Shown here: positions 13,234 to 23,750 of the stretch, piece by piece
Numbering within the stretch: the stretch's first letter is position 1
Layout of the letters: each line of letters starts with the position of its first letter
From: Pelomyxa schiedti
Lineage: Eukaryota > Protista > Evosea
Direction: 5' to 3'
Length of the DNA: 60,879 nt
Assembly (NCBI GenBank): GCA_020536535.1
Contig: JAHLWZ010000883.1
Location: 1 to 60,879 of the forward strand
Program-made: the position numbers and the translations under genes
Notes under the pieces: model-generated
Databases searched by the model: none
What the model was told of the DNA's origin: nothing
The model's input: the letters and a program-made list of their open reading frames with translations, nothing else

Positions 13234-15132
13234 ATGTCGAACGACTCAGTTGTAATCAAAGTGACGATGGATGGCAATCAATGCCAAGCAGTGGTGCCTT
13301 CGTCTTTGTCCTACCCGGATCTTGTTAACTGGGTCAAGTCCGCTTTTAAGCTACCACCCACGTTCCCTGTTGCTCTCTCTTACAGAGGTTTTTTTTTTTT
13401 TTTTCCCCTTGTGTCGTGTTGCTTGCACAATAACAATCACTTAAACCCGTTTTTTTTTTTTTCCTTCACCAGATGATGAAGGAGATAAAGTGACATTGTC
13501 TACCACAAACGAACTAGCTACGGCAATGCAGATTGCCAAACAACAGGGAGCGGCATCTCTTGACGTCACTTTGTCACAAATGATGCCGAGGACCACAGCC
13601 TCGTCGCTGTTTCCCACGTCGTCGCCAGTAGGCCTCAGTGTCAGTCCTCCCACAAGTCTACCAACCACCTTTCCTTCGTTTTCTTCGCCCGGATCTTTTA
13701 CGGCTGTACCTCCAGTCAATCCTCTTACTCTGTCCATCTCGCAGCAACCGTTTGTTCATGGGTTCCCAACGGTGGTTTGGGGTTCCCTGGTGCCAAAGGG
13801 TGTTAACGCCCACGCGGCAATGGCAGCAATTTCTGCATCAAATTCTGTTGGCGCTGCCTGTGACAACTTACGCCAAGCGGTGGCCAGGGCTATTTCCGGA
13901 AAACCAGGTGCATATTATTCTGTGTTGAATGTTTTGGTCAGTGACTGACAACCTTTGCTCAGCAGTGGAGCATGATGCCAAATGCGACTCTTGTCAACAG
14001 CGTATTCTCGGGATATGCTACCATTGTACACAGTGCCCAGACTATGTAAGGCTCCAGTATCTCCCTCTTTTAATGACAATTTGCAGGACTTATGCGAAAA
14101 ATGTGAGTGTATGAATGGGGGCAATGGCCAACTTCATAATGCAGATCATATCTTTACAAAACATTGGAGCCCGAGACCACAACTGTACTGTAGTTTTGTT
14201 TTGCGCAACACTTTAACATTCCATCTTAGGCCCGAACATATTCCTGAAGCTTCAGTCCCGAACTCAACACAACCAACACCAAGTCAAATTCCAACATTCG
14301 CGCCCCCAATTGCAACGCCTATCATTCCCGCTACATTCCCTTCTCCTTTTCTACCTGCCCCACCAATAGCAACCCCCATCTTATCTCCTTCTCCTATTAC
14401 TCCGTCAATGTTTTTCCCGAGTTATGTTGCGCCACCGGATTCCGATTCCAGTCCTACGTTCTCTGCCCAGTTTCTGTCTGACAAAACCATCCCAGTAAAC
14501 CAACCCTCTTATTTAAGCGTTCTAACACACACCAGGAGGGTACTATTATTGACAGGAGCAAGCCACAATTAATCAAACTGTGGCGTTTAAAGAATACAGG
14601 CTCTAACGCATGGCCCGAAGGTACTTTCAATGTGGTACTCTTTTATTTACAGTGTTTCCCATTCAGGGTGCAAACTCGTTTTTGCTGAAGGCCAGCCACC
14701 CGGGTGCCGCACGCGGCTGTGTGTGCCACAAGCAGAGCCTGGTGCTCAAGTGGATGTTGGTGTTCAGATTATGACCCCCTCTGCTCCAGGGAAATACAAG
14801 ACAGTATGGAGGCTTGTTGACAACCACGGAAGAGCATTTGGCCCAGCACTGAGTGCTTCCTATGTGGTTCCAGGTAGTGACATGAGTGGAAGTGGGATTG
14901 CAACACCCCACTACCCGCAAGATAATGCCCAGGCTTTCCCCGCCAAGCACGAAGAAATGTTGTGCCAACTGGAAGGTATATCTCGCCCTCTAAACACTAC
15001 CTACCCCACCCTTACCATCTCGTTTCAGAAATGGGCTTCCACAACAGAGAATTACTAGTCCAACTTCTGGCACAGTATGGCTCTGTTCAGGACGTTGTTT
15101 CAGCTCTACAGGGAGGGGATTGTGGGATGTAA
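13234..15132 (+). CDS. NBR1/p62-like autophagy receptor (PB1-ZZ-FW-UBA)
   Basis: PB1 (LSYR/DDEGDKVTLST), ZZ finger (CDSCQQRILGICYHCTQCPDY/DLCEKC), FW/Ig-like domain (KLWRLKNTGSNAWP; PGKYKTVWRL..GRAFG), UBA (LE/EMGFHNRE). Junctions read through GT-AG introns. Confidence 0.85.
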
Positions 15133-15248
15133 AATTTGATTGATTGTTTCGATGGTTTCCAACCAAACGCAACGACAGCCTTCTTTCTAGTTTTCGTAGT
15201 AACCGCAATGTCAGTTAGAAAAAGAAAAATTGCATTCTGTGTGTTGTG

Positions 15249-17104
15249 ATGAGTTGTGAACACACGAAGGCCTTTGAGTTGTTAAGGCAGTTGGTATTCT
15301 AGTTCTCTACCCCTTTGCACTTCCCAAACATGGTTTGTTAACTGGCCGTTTTCCCTAAGCTAGGTTCAGAGTGTTGTGGCAGAGAACAAGGTGGGTGTCA
15401 TGACATTGTGGGGGCAGACAATACAATTGGGGAACCAACGTTTTTGGCTTGTCTCCCAGTTTTGTTGAAAAAGTCCCTCTCTGTGGGTGCGTTGGGGCGC
15501 TTCATGAAACGTATGTAGACATTAACCAAGTATGAGTAGTATATAGAAACACTAAGCTACCTTTTATTTCTGATTCATTTAGTATGCAGTGCTGAGAACT
15601 GCGGCCCTGGGAAGTTAGAATGCCTCTTGAGCCTTGTATCCCAGCAACCACATGTTCCAAACTCAGGCAGCACATGTGACATATGCTCTGTATGTCAAGC
15701 TTACATTGAGTGTATTTTGAAACATGGTAGGTCAACACCAGCTTTGAGTTTGGGTTCTCATCTAGACAGGCAACAGACCAATAACCCTCAGTGAAGAGGA
15801 GCGGACAGAGTTAGAAGATATTATGTCCCAATGGATCTCATACCTTTCAAGTGCCAAATCGGTCTATGTGTCCCAAGAAAAGCTCATGGAAGAAGTTCAA
15901 TTGTCAAAATCTCTATCTTTTATTGGAGATAAGTCCCTGAAGGAGTGGGCGCTGTCTCTCTCACAGTGCTGGGGGTCACACTACAGGACCATAAGAAACA
16001 ATATGTCTCCAAATTGTCCACTTCTTCATACTCCGAACCCATATGTTGCTACTCAAAACGACACATGGTTTTACTGGGACTCTTTTTTTGTTGTTCTGGG
16101 ATTATTGGTTGTTCCTACCCATTTAATTTTACCATCTTAACTACATTTCCTAGGAGTGCCAAATGTTTGAGACCTCCGGGGGAACTATCCAGAATCTATT
16201 GAGGTGCATTTCTCAGTTTAAGAAAGTTCCCTGTGGTGGATCAGTCGAGATGATGGACTTCACGCACCCTCCACTTCTTCCACTTATGGTAAACGAGTGG
16301 TGCAAGCGTAATTTTTTCCAGGGAAAGTTTGAAGAGGCTCAAAATCTTGCCAGAATTGCTTTACCACTGTTAGAGATAGAACATACCAGTTGGATTTCCA
16401 CTGGGGGAACTCATTGCCTTGCTCAGTGGGCTGGAGGACCTCCACCAGGATATGGATCGTTTTGTGAACGCCCGCATTGCACATCAATTAGTCTGAACAC
16501 GATCATTTTCGTATCAGAGGTCTGTATAGCTGACCTAGGCAGTCTAGTTCATCAGGCCAGTGAATACTCTAAGTTTTGGGAATATGCCCGTCAACGAGTG
16601 AGTGTCCCAGAACAATGTTTTTCTTTCATTTATCTTCAGGCAATAGACATTGGAACACATCTATGGAATGAAGATGAAGTGTGCTGGGAGGATATCTGTC
16701 CGCCGGAAGCAGGGCGTCCTAGCACGTGGAACGAGTACGCAATGCAACTAATTCCGCTGTGGGCTCAGTCATATTTGAGTCAGCCACCATGGGGTCTTCA
16801 TCCAAACCACCATCTATCTCGTGTTCGTGCTATTCGAAAGCTCTTTGATAATGAGGAGGAAGTTCCATACAGTTTTGTTAAATCCACCTGTAAAGATGCT
16901 CTCAACTGGATGGAGCAGGAAGATGCACAACCATGGTTGATGTGGTTTGTGGCTCATTCACTGCGACGAATGTCCCCGCAAGTGTCGAAGTCTTTTGTAA
17001 GTGACTGGCTTCAATCATTTTATCAGAAAGCCCCAGCAAGACAATACTCGCCTTGCACAGTGGGACTACTGTTAAATTTGCTTAGCGAAAATGCTGACTT
17101 AATG
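15249..17104 (+). CDS. Degenerate trehalase (GH37)-like domain, probably spliced to the downstream nucleotidyltransferase
   Basis: LLHTPNPYV..FYWDSFFVVLGLL, NLLRCISQF..VP..HPPLLPLMV and SLN..F..E follow the GH37 motif order. Intron 16108-16153 joins ORFs 15823 and 16163. Upstream exons were read back to ATG 15249. Confidence 0.7.
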
Positions 17105-17147
17105 GTAAGCCAAAAGAGAACGTACTCTATGAATAAATTTAGTCCAG

Positions 17148-17969
17148 GAATTCCCTATAAGTGACCCGCTTATTTCTACTTTTATTATGACCCTGGCAAG
17201 TAATCTCCGCCGAGTTCTTGGAACTGGACTTCATGGTGTCTATCTGACAGGCTCCGCTGCAACTGGATCATACATCCACGGAGTTAGTGATATTGATATT
17301 ATCTGTGTTTGCAATGACCGGCTGTCTTCAGACCGTAAGGCCGCGGTTTCTATGTGTGTGATCAGCACTTCATCTGCAATGCACATTGAGAAAGTCGAAG
17401 TGGACGTTTATTCGCTTTCGGCAGTGCAAGAAGGGTCACCTGAATTTGAGGTGAAGGTAACCTACTTCGGAGAGAACAAAGACTCCAGTATCACCAATAG
17501 TCTGGAAGAGTACCTTCGGCAAGGGGGCAAGGACTTTTGGCTTGTTATGGACTATGAAAACACATACCTGAATGGAGTGGCAGTTATGGGACCTCCTGCC
17601 AGGAGTATTTTCTCTAGAGTAAATCATGGCAAAATGGTTCAGTCCATCACTGGTGCCATTACGTTACTTCTGGAGAGAGTATCCCAGCCCACAGTGAAAG
17701 TCGACATGCTATGCAGTGCAATACTACACATCTGCAGAGGGTGGTACTGGATTGTGACAGGCCTTCTATCTCCAAAGGTGTTCTGTGCTAAATGGGCCTT
17801 GCTTATGCTCGTTGGTTCAGCAGAATCATGCCCACAAAACTTGGAATTCCACAGTGTTGTTTCTTCTGCGGTGCAGTCAAGGACTTGTCCAACAACCCAC
17901 CTCAGTCTTCCCTCTGAAACAGTTGCATCATTTGCCCGCTATGTTCTTAGTGTAATCCCAAACTACTGA
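17148..17969 (+). CDS. AadA/ANT-like nucleotidyltransferase (Pol-beta NTase plus DUF4111-like helical domain)
   Basis: LRRVLGTGLHGVYLTGSAATGSY..GVSDIDII (GS..DxD motif), third acidic strand VEVDV, GVAVMGPPARSIF, and ILHICRGWY..TG..SPK..AKWAL. Confidence 0.8.
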   Translation, partial: EFPISDPLISTFIMTLASNLRRVLGTGLHGVYLTGSAATGSYIHGVSDIDIICVCNDRLSSDRKAAVSMCVISTSSAMHIEKVEVDVYSLSAVQEGSPEFEVKVTYFGENKDSSITNSLEEYLRQGGKDFWLVMDYENTYLNGVAVMGPPARSIFSRVNHGKMVQSITGAITLLLERVSQPTVKVDMLCSAILHICRGWYWIVTGLLSPKVFCAKWALLMLVGSAESCPQNLEFHSVVSSAVQSRTCPTTHLSLPSETVASFARYVLSVIPNY

Positions 17970-18065
17970 GGTGTTGTTTTGGGGCACAAAAACGCAAGAA
18001 TGTCAAAATTTACTCGTTTCTTATTCGGGTACTGGCTATTGCTGTTCTTTACAAACATAGTTTCT

Positions 18066-19259
18066 TTACAAACGGAACTTCTGCACCTGCTGGCTCTTTG
18101 TTCTCCCCACCTCTCTCAAGCACTTCTGCATGAGCCTGCCGTTGGCCGGCGCGTTGTAGTTAATCGCCGGCCGGCCATTTCTAACCCCACCAAGAGCCAC
18201 AGGCCTCGGGGCCACGGGCCCCGGCCCCGCCCCCAGCCGCCGCCTCCTGGGCTCCGGGGCCCCGCCCAGCGTCTTGGTCGTGCTCTTGCGCATCATCTCG
18301 TCCTCGGCGCGGGACTTCATCCGCTTGGCCAGCAGGTCCCGCTCGGACTCGCGGCCGCGCACGTCGGCCCAGTACGCGGACCGCCACGCCGCCGCGTCGG
18401 GCTGGCTGCCCGCGTCGCTGTCCATCATGACGCCGTTGCGGTGGCACAGCGCCGCCCAGTGCCTGCACGTGTCCAGGGTCCCGGGGGCCAGCGAGCCCTC
18501 CAGCCGCAGCAGCTGCGCCGGGCTGCAGTGGATCAGCAGCCGGTCGATGAGCTCCGCCGGGAGCTGGCACACGCCCTCGAGCCGCATCGCCGCCATGTTG
18601 TCCATCACGCACGCCAGCGCCATGTCTGCCAGCCGGGGAATCCCTGCGTCGTCGGCTTCGTTGCTGCTGCTGTTGTTGTTGGAAGCGGCGGGGCTGTCGT
18701 CCGAGGTGCTCGATGGTATGGTTAGACTGAGCGGGGGAGGAGGGGTTGAGGTGGCACGCAGCCTTGTTGGTGGCGGCGGCATGGAATTGGTATTATGGGT
18801 TGCTGCTGTTGCTGCTGTTGCTGTTGCTGGTGTGGTGCTCACAACCTCGGTCACAACAAATGAAGTTGTCCTTGCAGGGGTAGTCGTCGGAGTGGTTGTG
18901 TTCGTGCTAACTGGGTTCGGGCGACCCGGCGGCTTGCGCTTATGGGAGACTATCGTGCTCAGGATGTTGTGGTACACGTTCCTCGGCACCTGTTGTTCGG
19001 GGGCCGAGTGGACCTGCAGAGGCCTAGGCTTGTGTTGTTGGCCCACAAGTCCGGTTTGGTTGCTCTGGCTACTTTGTGGCGGCTGGGATGAAACAGTGGC
19101 CCTTGCAGCGGACACGGTACGCGCCTGGGGCGACGTGCCGCGAGTAATGGTGTTCCTGTTGACTACAACAGCGGAGGTCGTTCTGGGTTGCTGATTATGG
19201 GTGGGCAGGGGGCCTCGAGCAGGCGGTGGTGTTGCACGTCGGAGTTGCGGGGAGGCCAT
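18066..19259 (-). CDS. Elongin A-like protein (intronless)
   Basis: BC-box-like IPRLADMALACV, then LPAELIDRLLIHCSPAQLLRLE..DT..HW..LC..WRSAY, preceded by a low-complexity N-terminus. Confidence 0.75.
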   Translation of the reverse strand: MASPQLRRATPPPARGPLPTHNQQPRTTSAVVVNRNTITRGTSPQARTVSAARATVSSQPPQSSQSNQTGLVGQQHKPRPLQVHSAPEQQVPRNVYHNILSTIVSHKRKPPGRPNPVSTNTTTPTTTPARTTSFVVTEVVSTTPATATAATAATHNTNSMPPPPTRLRATSTPPPPLSLTIPSSTSDDSPAASNNNSSSNEADDAGIPRLADMALACVMDNMAAMRLEGVCQLPAELIDRLLIHCSPAQLLRLEGSLAPGTLDTCRHWAALCHRNGVMMDSDAGSQPDAAAWRSAYWADVRGRESERDLLAKRMKSRAEDEMMRKSTTKTLGGAPEPRRRRLGAGPGPVAPRPVALGGVRNGRPAINYNAPANGRLMQKCLREVGRTKSQQVQKFRL

Positions 19260-19329
19260 TGTTGCGAAAAAAATTTTGTTTTTAATTAATCAGAGCCCCA
19301 AGTTGGGCGAAATCTACAACGTTGTAGAT

Positions 19330-20267
19330 TTAGGAGTCCGGGTACCAGTCGGCATCCTCGGAGAGCTTGCATACTCCGTTGGTGTTGCCATACTGCTTCA
19401 TTGCAGGAGATGTCCACCCGCCAAAGGCAACAAAGTCATTGAAGTTCTTTACGTTGTTCCACGACGCGTACCTGTAATTTAAGGGTGCGAAGGGTTAAAG
19501 ATTGTGGTGGGTAGAAAATTGAGGGAGTTGCTTATTTTTTTATGTATTTGAGGTAGATTGGGGGGGGGGGGGGGGGGGGGGGGGGGCGAAGAAGCATACC
19601 AGAGCGGGAGGGTGTTTGCGGAGGTGCACGATCCCATAATCACTCCCCACTCGTATTTGCTGGAATATACACCCATTGAGAGGTTCAGGGAATAGCCGGC
19701 CGTCATTAGATCCTCCAAGAACTCGCAGTTGAGGTAAAACTTTGTGGAAGAGGTCTCCCATGAGCAACCCGTGGAGGGGTTCTCCTCTATATCGAACCAC
19801 ACCATGCCATATTCAGCCCCAGCCTCAGCTAGATAGTCAACCATATCCGAGACCTGTTGTTTGGCAGACAATTCTCCGGTAGCAGCTGCGGGAAAAAGTG
19901 TATACTTTTAGGGGAAACCAAAAGGAATGGCAAAGGGGGGTGCAGTACCTTTGCCATAACAGGGGAAGTGGTATACATCACGGTACTTAATCCCAGCATT
20001 CTTTGCGTTGAGCAGTGTGGGAGGTGCGTTTGTGTCCACAGCACCATAGGAGTGGTATGCCCTCACTATGGCAAAAGAATAGGAGTAGTTTGTGACCAGA
20101 CAAGAAAAAGTGTCCTGGCTTCATTTGGGTTTGTTTTGGGGTGAGTTTAGAAACGCAGGTATTTGATTTTACCTTATCAGTGAGGCTACATCCAAACCAC
20201 TAGCACACTCGGACACCGTTGCCGACAGAAGCACAATGCACGCCGTAACCAAAACCGAACTCTTCAT
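19330..20267 (-). CDS. Secreted GH25 (Lys1-like, protist-type) lysozyme
   Basis: Signal peptide MKSSVLVTACIVLL; GLDV; FAIVRAYHSYGAVD; DVYHFPC; MVWFDIE; GVYSSKYEW; PLWYA; FGGWTSPAMKQY. Confidence 0.85.
19560..19586. repeat. Poly(G) tract, 27 nt, in a lysozyme intron
   Basis: Directly visible homopolymer. Confidence 0.95.
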
Positions 20268-20383
20268 CAACTCCTTTTTAGAGAGAGTTTTTATTGCGGT
20301 TTTCGAGATGGTGCACTTCTTCTTCGAAGATTAACTGAAGCGCTTCTATTCCGTATCGGTGCGGTTGCTTCGCGTTGGAGGGA

Positions 20384-22392
20384 ATGCACCAGGAGAGTAT
20401 GCAGTTTTGTTTTTTTTTATCCCGTTTGGAGCCTGTCGTTTAAACACCCACAGGGCCGTGCCGTCCCACGTGCAGGTGGCGTGTGTGCAGCCTCATCGTG
20501 GTCTCTGTTGTGTTCTTGTCTCTGCAAATCGTGCTGCTCGGTCTATGGAGGCCCTATACTCCCACAATCGCGCCCCCCGGGCGCGCTGCAACCACATCCG
20601 GCTCCGCGGACGCCAAGGGCATCGCCAATTTCCTTGTATCCCTCATATCTTCCGTTCACAGTGACCACAGCCCACCAAACCTACAGCAACAAATCCAACA
20701 ACAAAGCAAGCAGGAACAGAAACAAACCCAGGAGCAGGAACAAAAGTCAATACAGCAACAACAAATAGCAGTAACCGGAATTCACATTGCTGAAGGAGAC
20801 TTGGGCAACGACTCGAGCCTGGTTCCGGTTATTGATGCGTTGGCAGAAAACCGTTTCCGCGTGGTGGATGCTTGGTTCGAGTCAGACCCCTGCTCGGGGA
20901 AGCCGGTGAAAGCTTCTTTCCTGGTGTTTCACACAGCCGGTCTGGTCCATCTCGCGTTCCAGTGTCACTTCCTCTTGAAAGTCACCTCCGAATCGAGCAC
21001 GGGTCGAAGCCTGGCAACGACTTTCGCCAACTTGAGTGCCACTCACAACAAGGAATTCGTGGAATTCCACACAGTGACCGCGTCGAGGCTTGCGCACCAG
21101 CCTGCCTCCGCGCCCTCGATCAATGTGAGATCGTGCCCAATTCCGGCAGTTGTTGCCGCGGCCCTTCCGTCCATGGACCCACAATTGTGGAACAGCAGTT
21201 TGACTGATGCAAGGCCGAATGTGTATGTTAGAATCCATCCGCCGGCATCCTGGGGTGCATTTGGTGACAAGCCGGGAGCCTCTCAGTGGTTTCATCTGCT
21301 CGTTGAAAAGTCGAGTCCAGCAGCAACGGCAAACATTTCTAACCCAAATTGCCACTATCCACCGTGGATGGCTCACTACCAATTGAGTGCTGTAATTATG
21401 TTCAGAATATTTGCAGAGGACTCTTTCCACATCACGTTGTATGAATTAATTGAATGGATGGAATCCCTTTTCCTGGCAGGTACTCCAAATCTTCCGTCAA
21501 ACACGGAAAACACCCTACCTTCTTCATTCTGACTGGCAACAAGGTGTAGAACACATATACGCATATGACAACTACATGTTTTTACAAGAATCTCAATTAC
21601 CGCAACTCGACTATTATATTAAAAGAGGGCTCCTCACTTACCATCCATGGCCATACAAAAAGGCACTGAAATACGCCGCAACACAAAAAATGGCCTACAC
21701 ACATTGCCTGTACAAGTACCACTACACATCCGAGTGGCAATGGCAAGCAGATGTGGATGAGTACCCTCTGATACATGCTGATCAGACCCCCGGCTTTTTG
21801 CTGCGCTTTGCACAGCGCCAACCTAGAGGCGTTTACAACGTTGGTACTGTGAATTCCCTTATTCCATTCTCAATAAAGTTCAACAGCTCCTGTTTTACTC
21901 TGTTTTCTATGGAAGAAACATCTCACAGAGCCAACTTCCCTCCCCAGAAGAATGCAATAACCAAAATTCGTGCCACCCATGGTGCAGTAGACCAACTCTT
22001 ATTGAGAGATTCCACATACGGGCTAACCCAATGAGATCACTCAGGTTTGTTTCACATGCACACCATCAGATTCCACCCGCAGTCCCAATCTAATCTACAT
22101 CTTTCAACTGATAATTCAAATAAGATGGAAACCTCTGTATAAACCAGCAGTTATGTCTGAGGCAGCTGTACACTTAATGACTGGGGCTGTTGGGCACGAT
22201 ATTCCATTTGAAGAGGGCTGGCTTCTTCATTACTGGGGAGACCGCTGTAGCGTGAGTGAATGTCGCATTAGGGATGAGAATACATCCTCTGTGTGGGAGG
22301 TAACACTCAGACAGACACTGGAAAGGAAATTTTGTAATATCTCAGCCGCGGACTCGTTGTTGTTGTTCAATATAACTCGTGCTAATACATAA
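20384..22392 (+). CDS. Type II membrane glycosyltransferase, GT92/GT-A-like
   Basis: N-terminal TM segment; LIEWME..LA/GVEHIYAYDN; AYTHCLYKY..SEWQWQADVDEY (DxDE motif). Confidence 0.75.
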
Positions 22393-22416
22393 TTTTTTTT
22401 TGTTTGTTTACTCCCG

Positions 22417-23438
22417 TTACAAATCACACACACGCCTTGCTTTGGCAGCTAGGTATGGGGGTCTAAGAGCTCTTGTTGCAACACTGAGCCCTTTTTCTAT
22501 ATTCTCTGGTGTGAGGCCAGCATAGTATTTTCCAGACACCTTGTGCCACAAGTGTAGTCTGTTGGAAGAATTAATTAGTGTGGGATGGGGGAAATGCATG
22601 ACTACTTGCACCCAAGAATTCGGAAGTTCCGAAGTAATCGAAACTGGGAGACCTTAAATCTGACAAAATCAGATCTATGGGCTGGTGCAGAAGTTACCAC
22701 GTCTCCAGCTTTTGAGGGGATAGTCACCAAAATTACTTCATTGATCAGTTCCAGGGCTGCACTCCACCAACACCCTGTAGCGATGCCTGGAAAGGCAGAG
22801 TCCTGGACATAGAGCCGGATTCTAGCATTTTCTCCTTGATGAAGTCGGATGGCCTGAATTGCAAGGTACTCAATGAAACTTGAGAAAAACCTAAATTAAA
22901 AAAAAAACCAATGAAGAGTCAAATCACAACCTTAGAGAGTGTGGATCTGTCTTTATCAAAAAGAAAGTGTCTGGAATTCCCGGCTTGGTTTTCGCCTCTG
23001 GCACAGGAAATTCCCCAGCAGTTCCCTTGCATGTGGTGTTGTAGTAAACGTCAAAGTACTGGTCTGAACGAACAGAGACGTACACGGGATCCATGGTAAT
23101 GACGCCCCTTGGAATGCGGGACTGTGCAACATAGCTCGACGATGAAGATGAAGACGCATACGCAGACTCTGAAAGAATTTCTGCTGTTGCTTGTCGACTT
23201 TTCTGGAAGTCGAAAGCGAGACGTTGTGGAGATGAAGAGAGTAGAGAGACTGCATGCCCAGAGTGCATATGATGACAGTTGCTATAGCCACAACGAAAAC
23301 CCCTTTGGAAGCACGCATCGCCCAGTTGCTGTAGCCACAACGGAATCCAGAATTTCGTGTTTGTGCAAGGACCTTTCCCGATTTGTCAGAAGGGTGTGTC
23401 GACTGAGACCCCTTGCTGCCTTGTCTCCCTGCTCCCAT
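22417..23438 (-). pseudogene. GT32-like glycosyltransferase, apparently lacking the DxD core
   Basis: TM anchor (GVFVVAIATVIICTL); IPDTFFLI; FIEYLAIQAI; GCWW; AHRSDFVRF; then directly LHLW. No GGxYxDxD segment, and the TM and catalytic parts lie in different frames. Confidence 0.5.
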
Positions 23439-23750
23439 CTCACTTTCACCCCCAAGGGGGGGAAGAAACTTTCCATGAGTCTGCAGAGAACCAGGACGAG
23501 ATAAATTTTTGATGTGCCGTTCCTTCCATCAAGATTACAAAAGAAAAGGGGATGTTCAAGCGATTCGGTGGGGGGCCACAGCCAGTGGCGGCCAACACCA
23601 CGACGAAGGATACACACGATACGTCGTCTGTCAGCAGCCACGATGTAAACTCACTTGACCTTTCGTAAAGTGAAACCACACCAACTCACGCGCACGCACA
23701 CACACAAAAAAAAGGCGGAACCGGTACCGCGACGTGGAGACGAGGAAATA

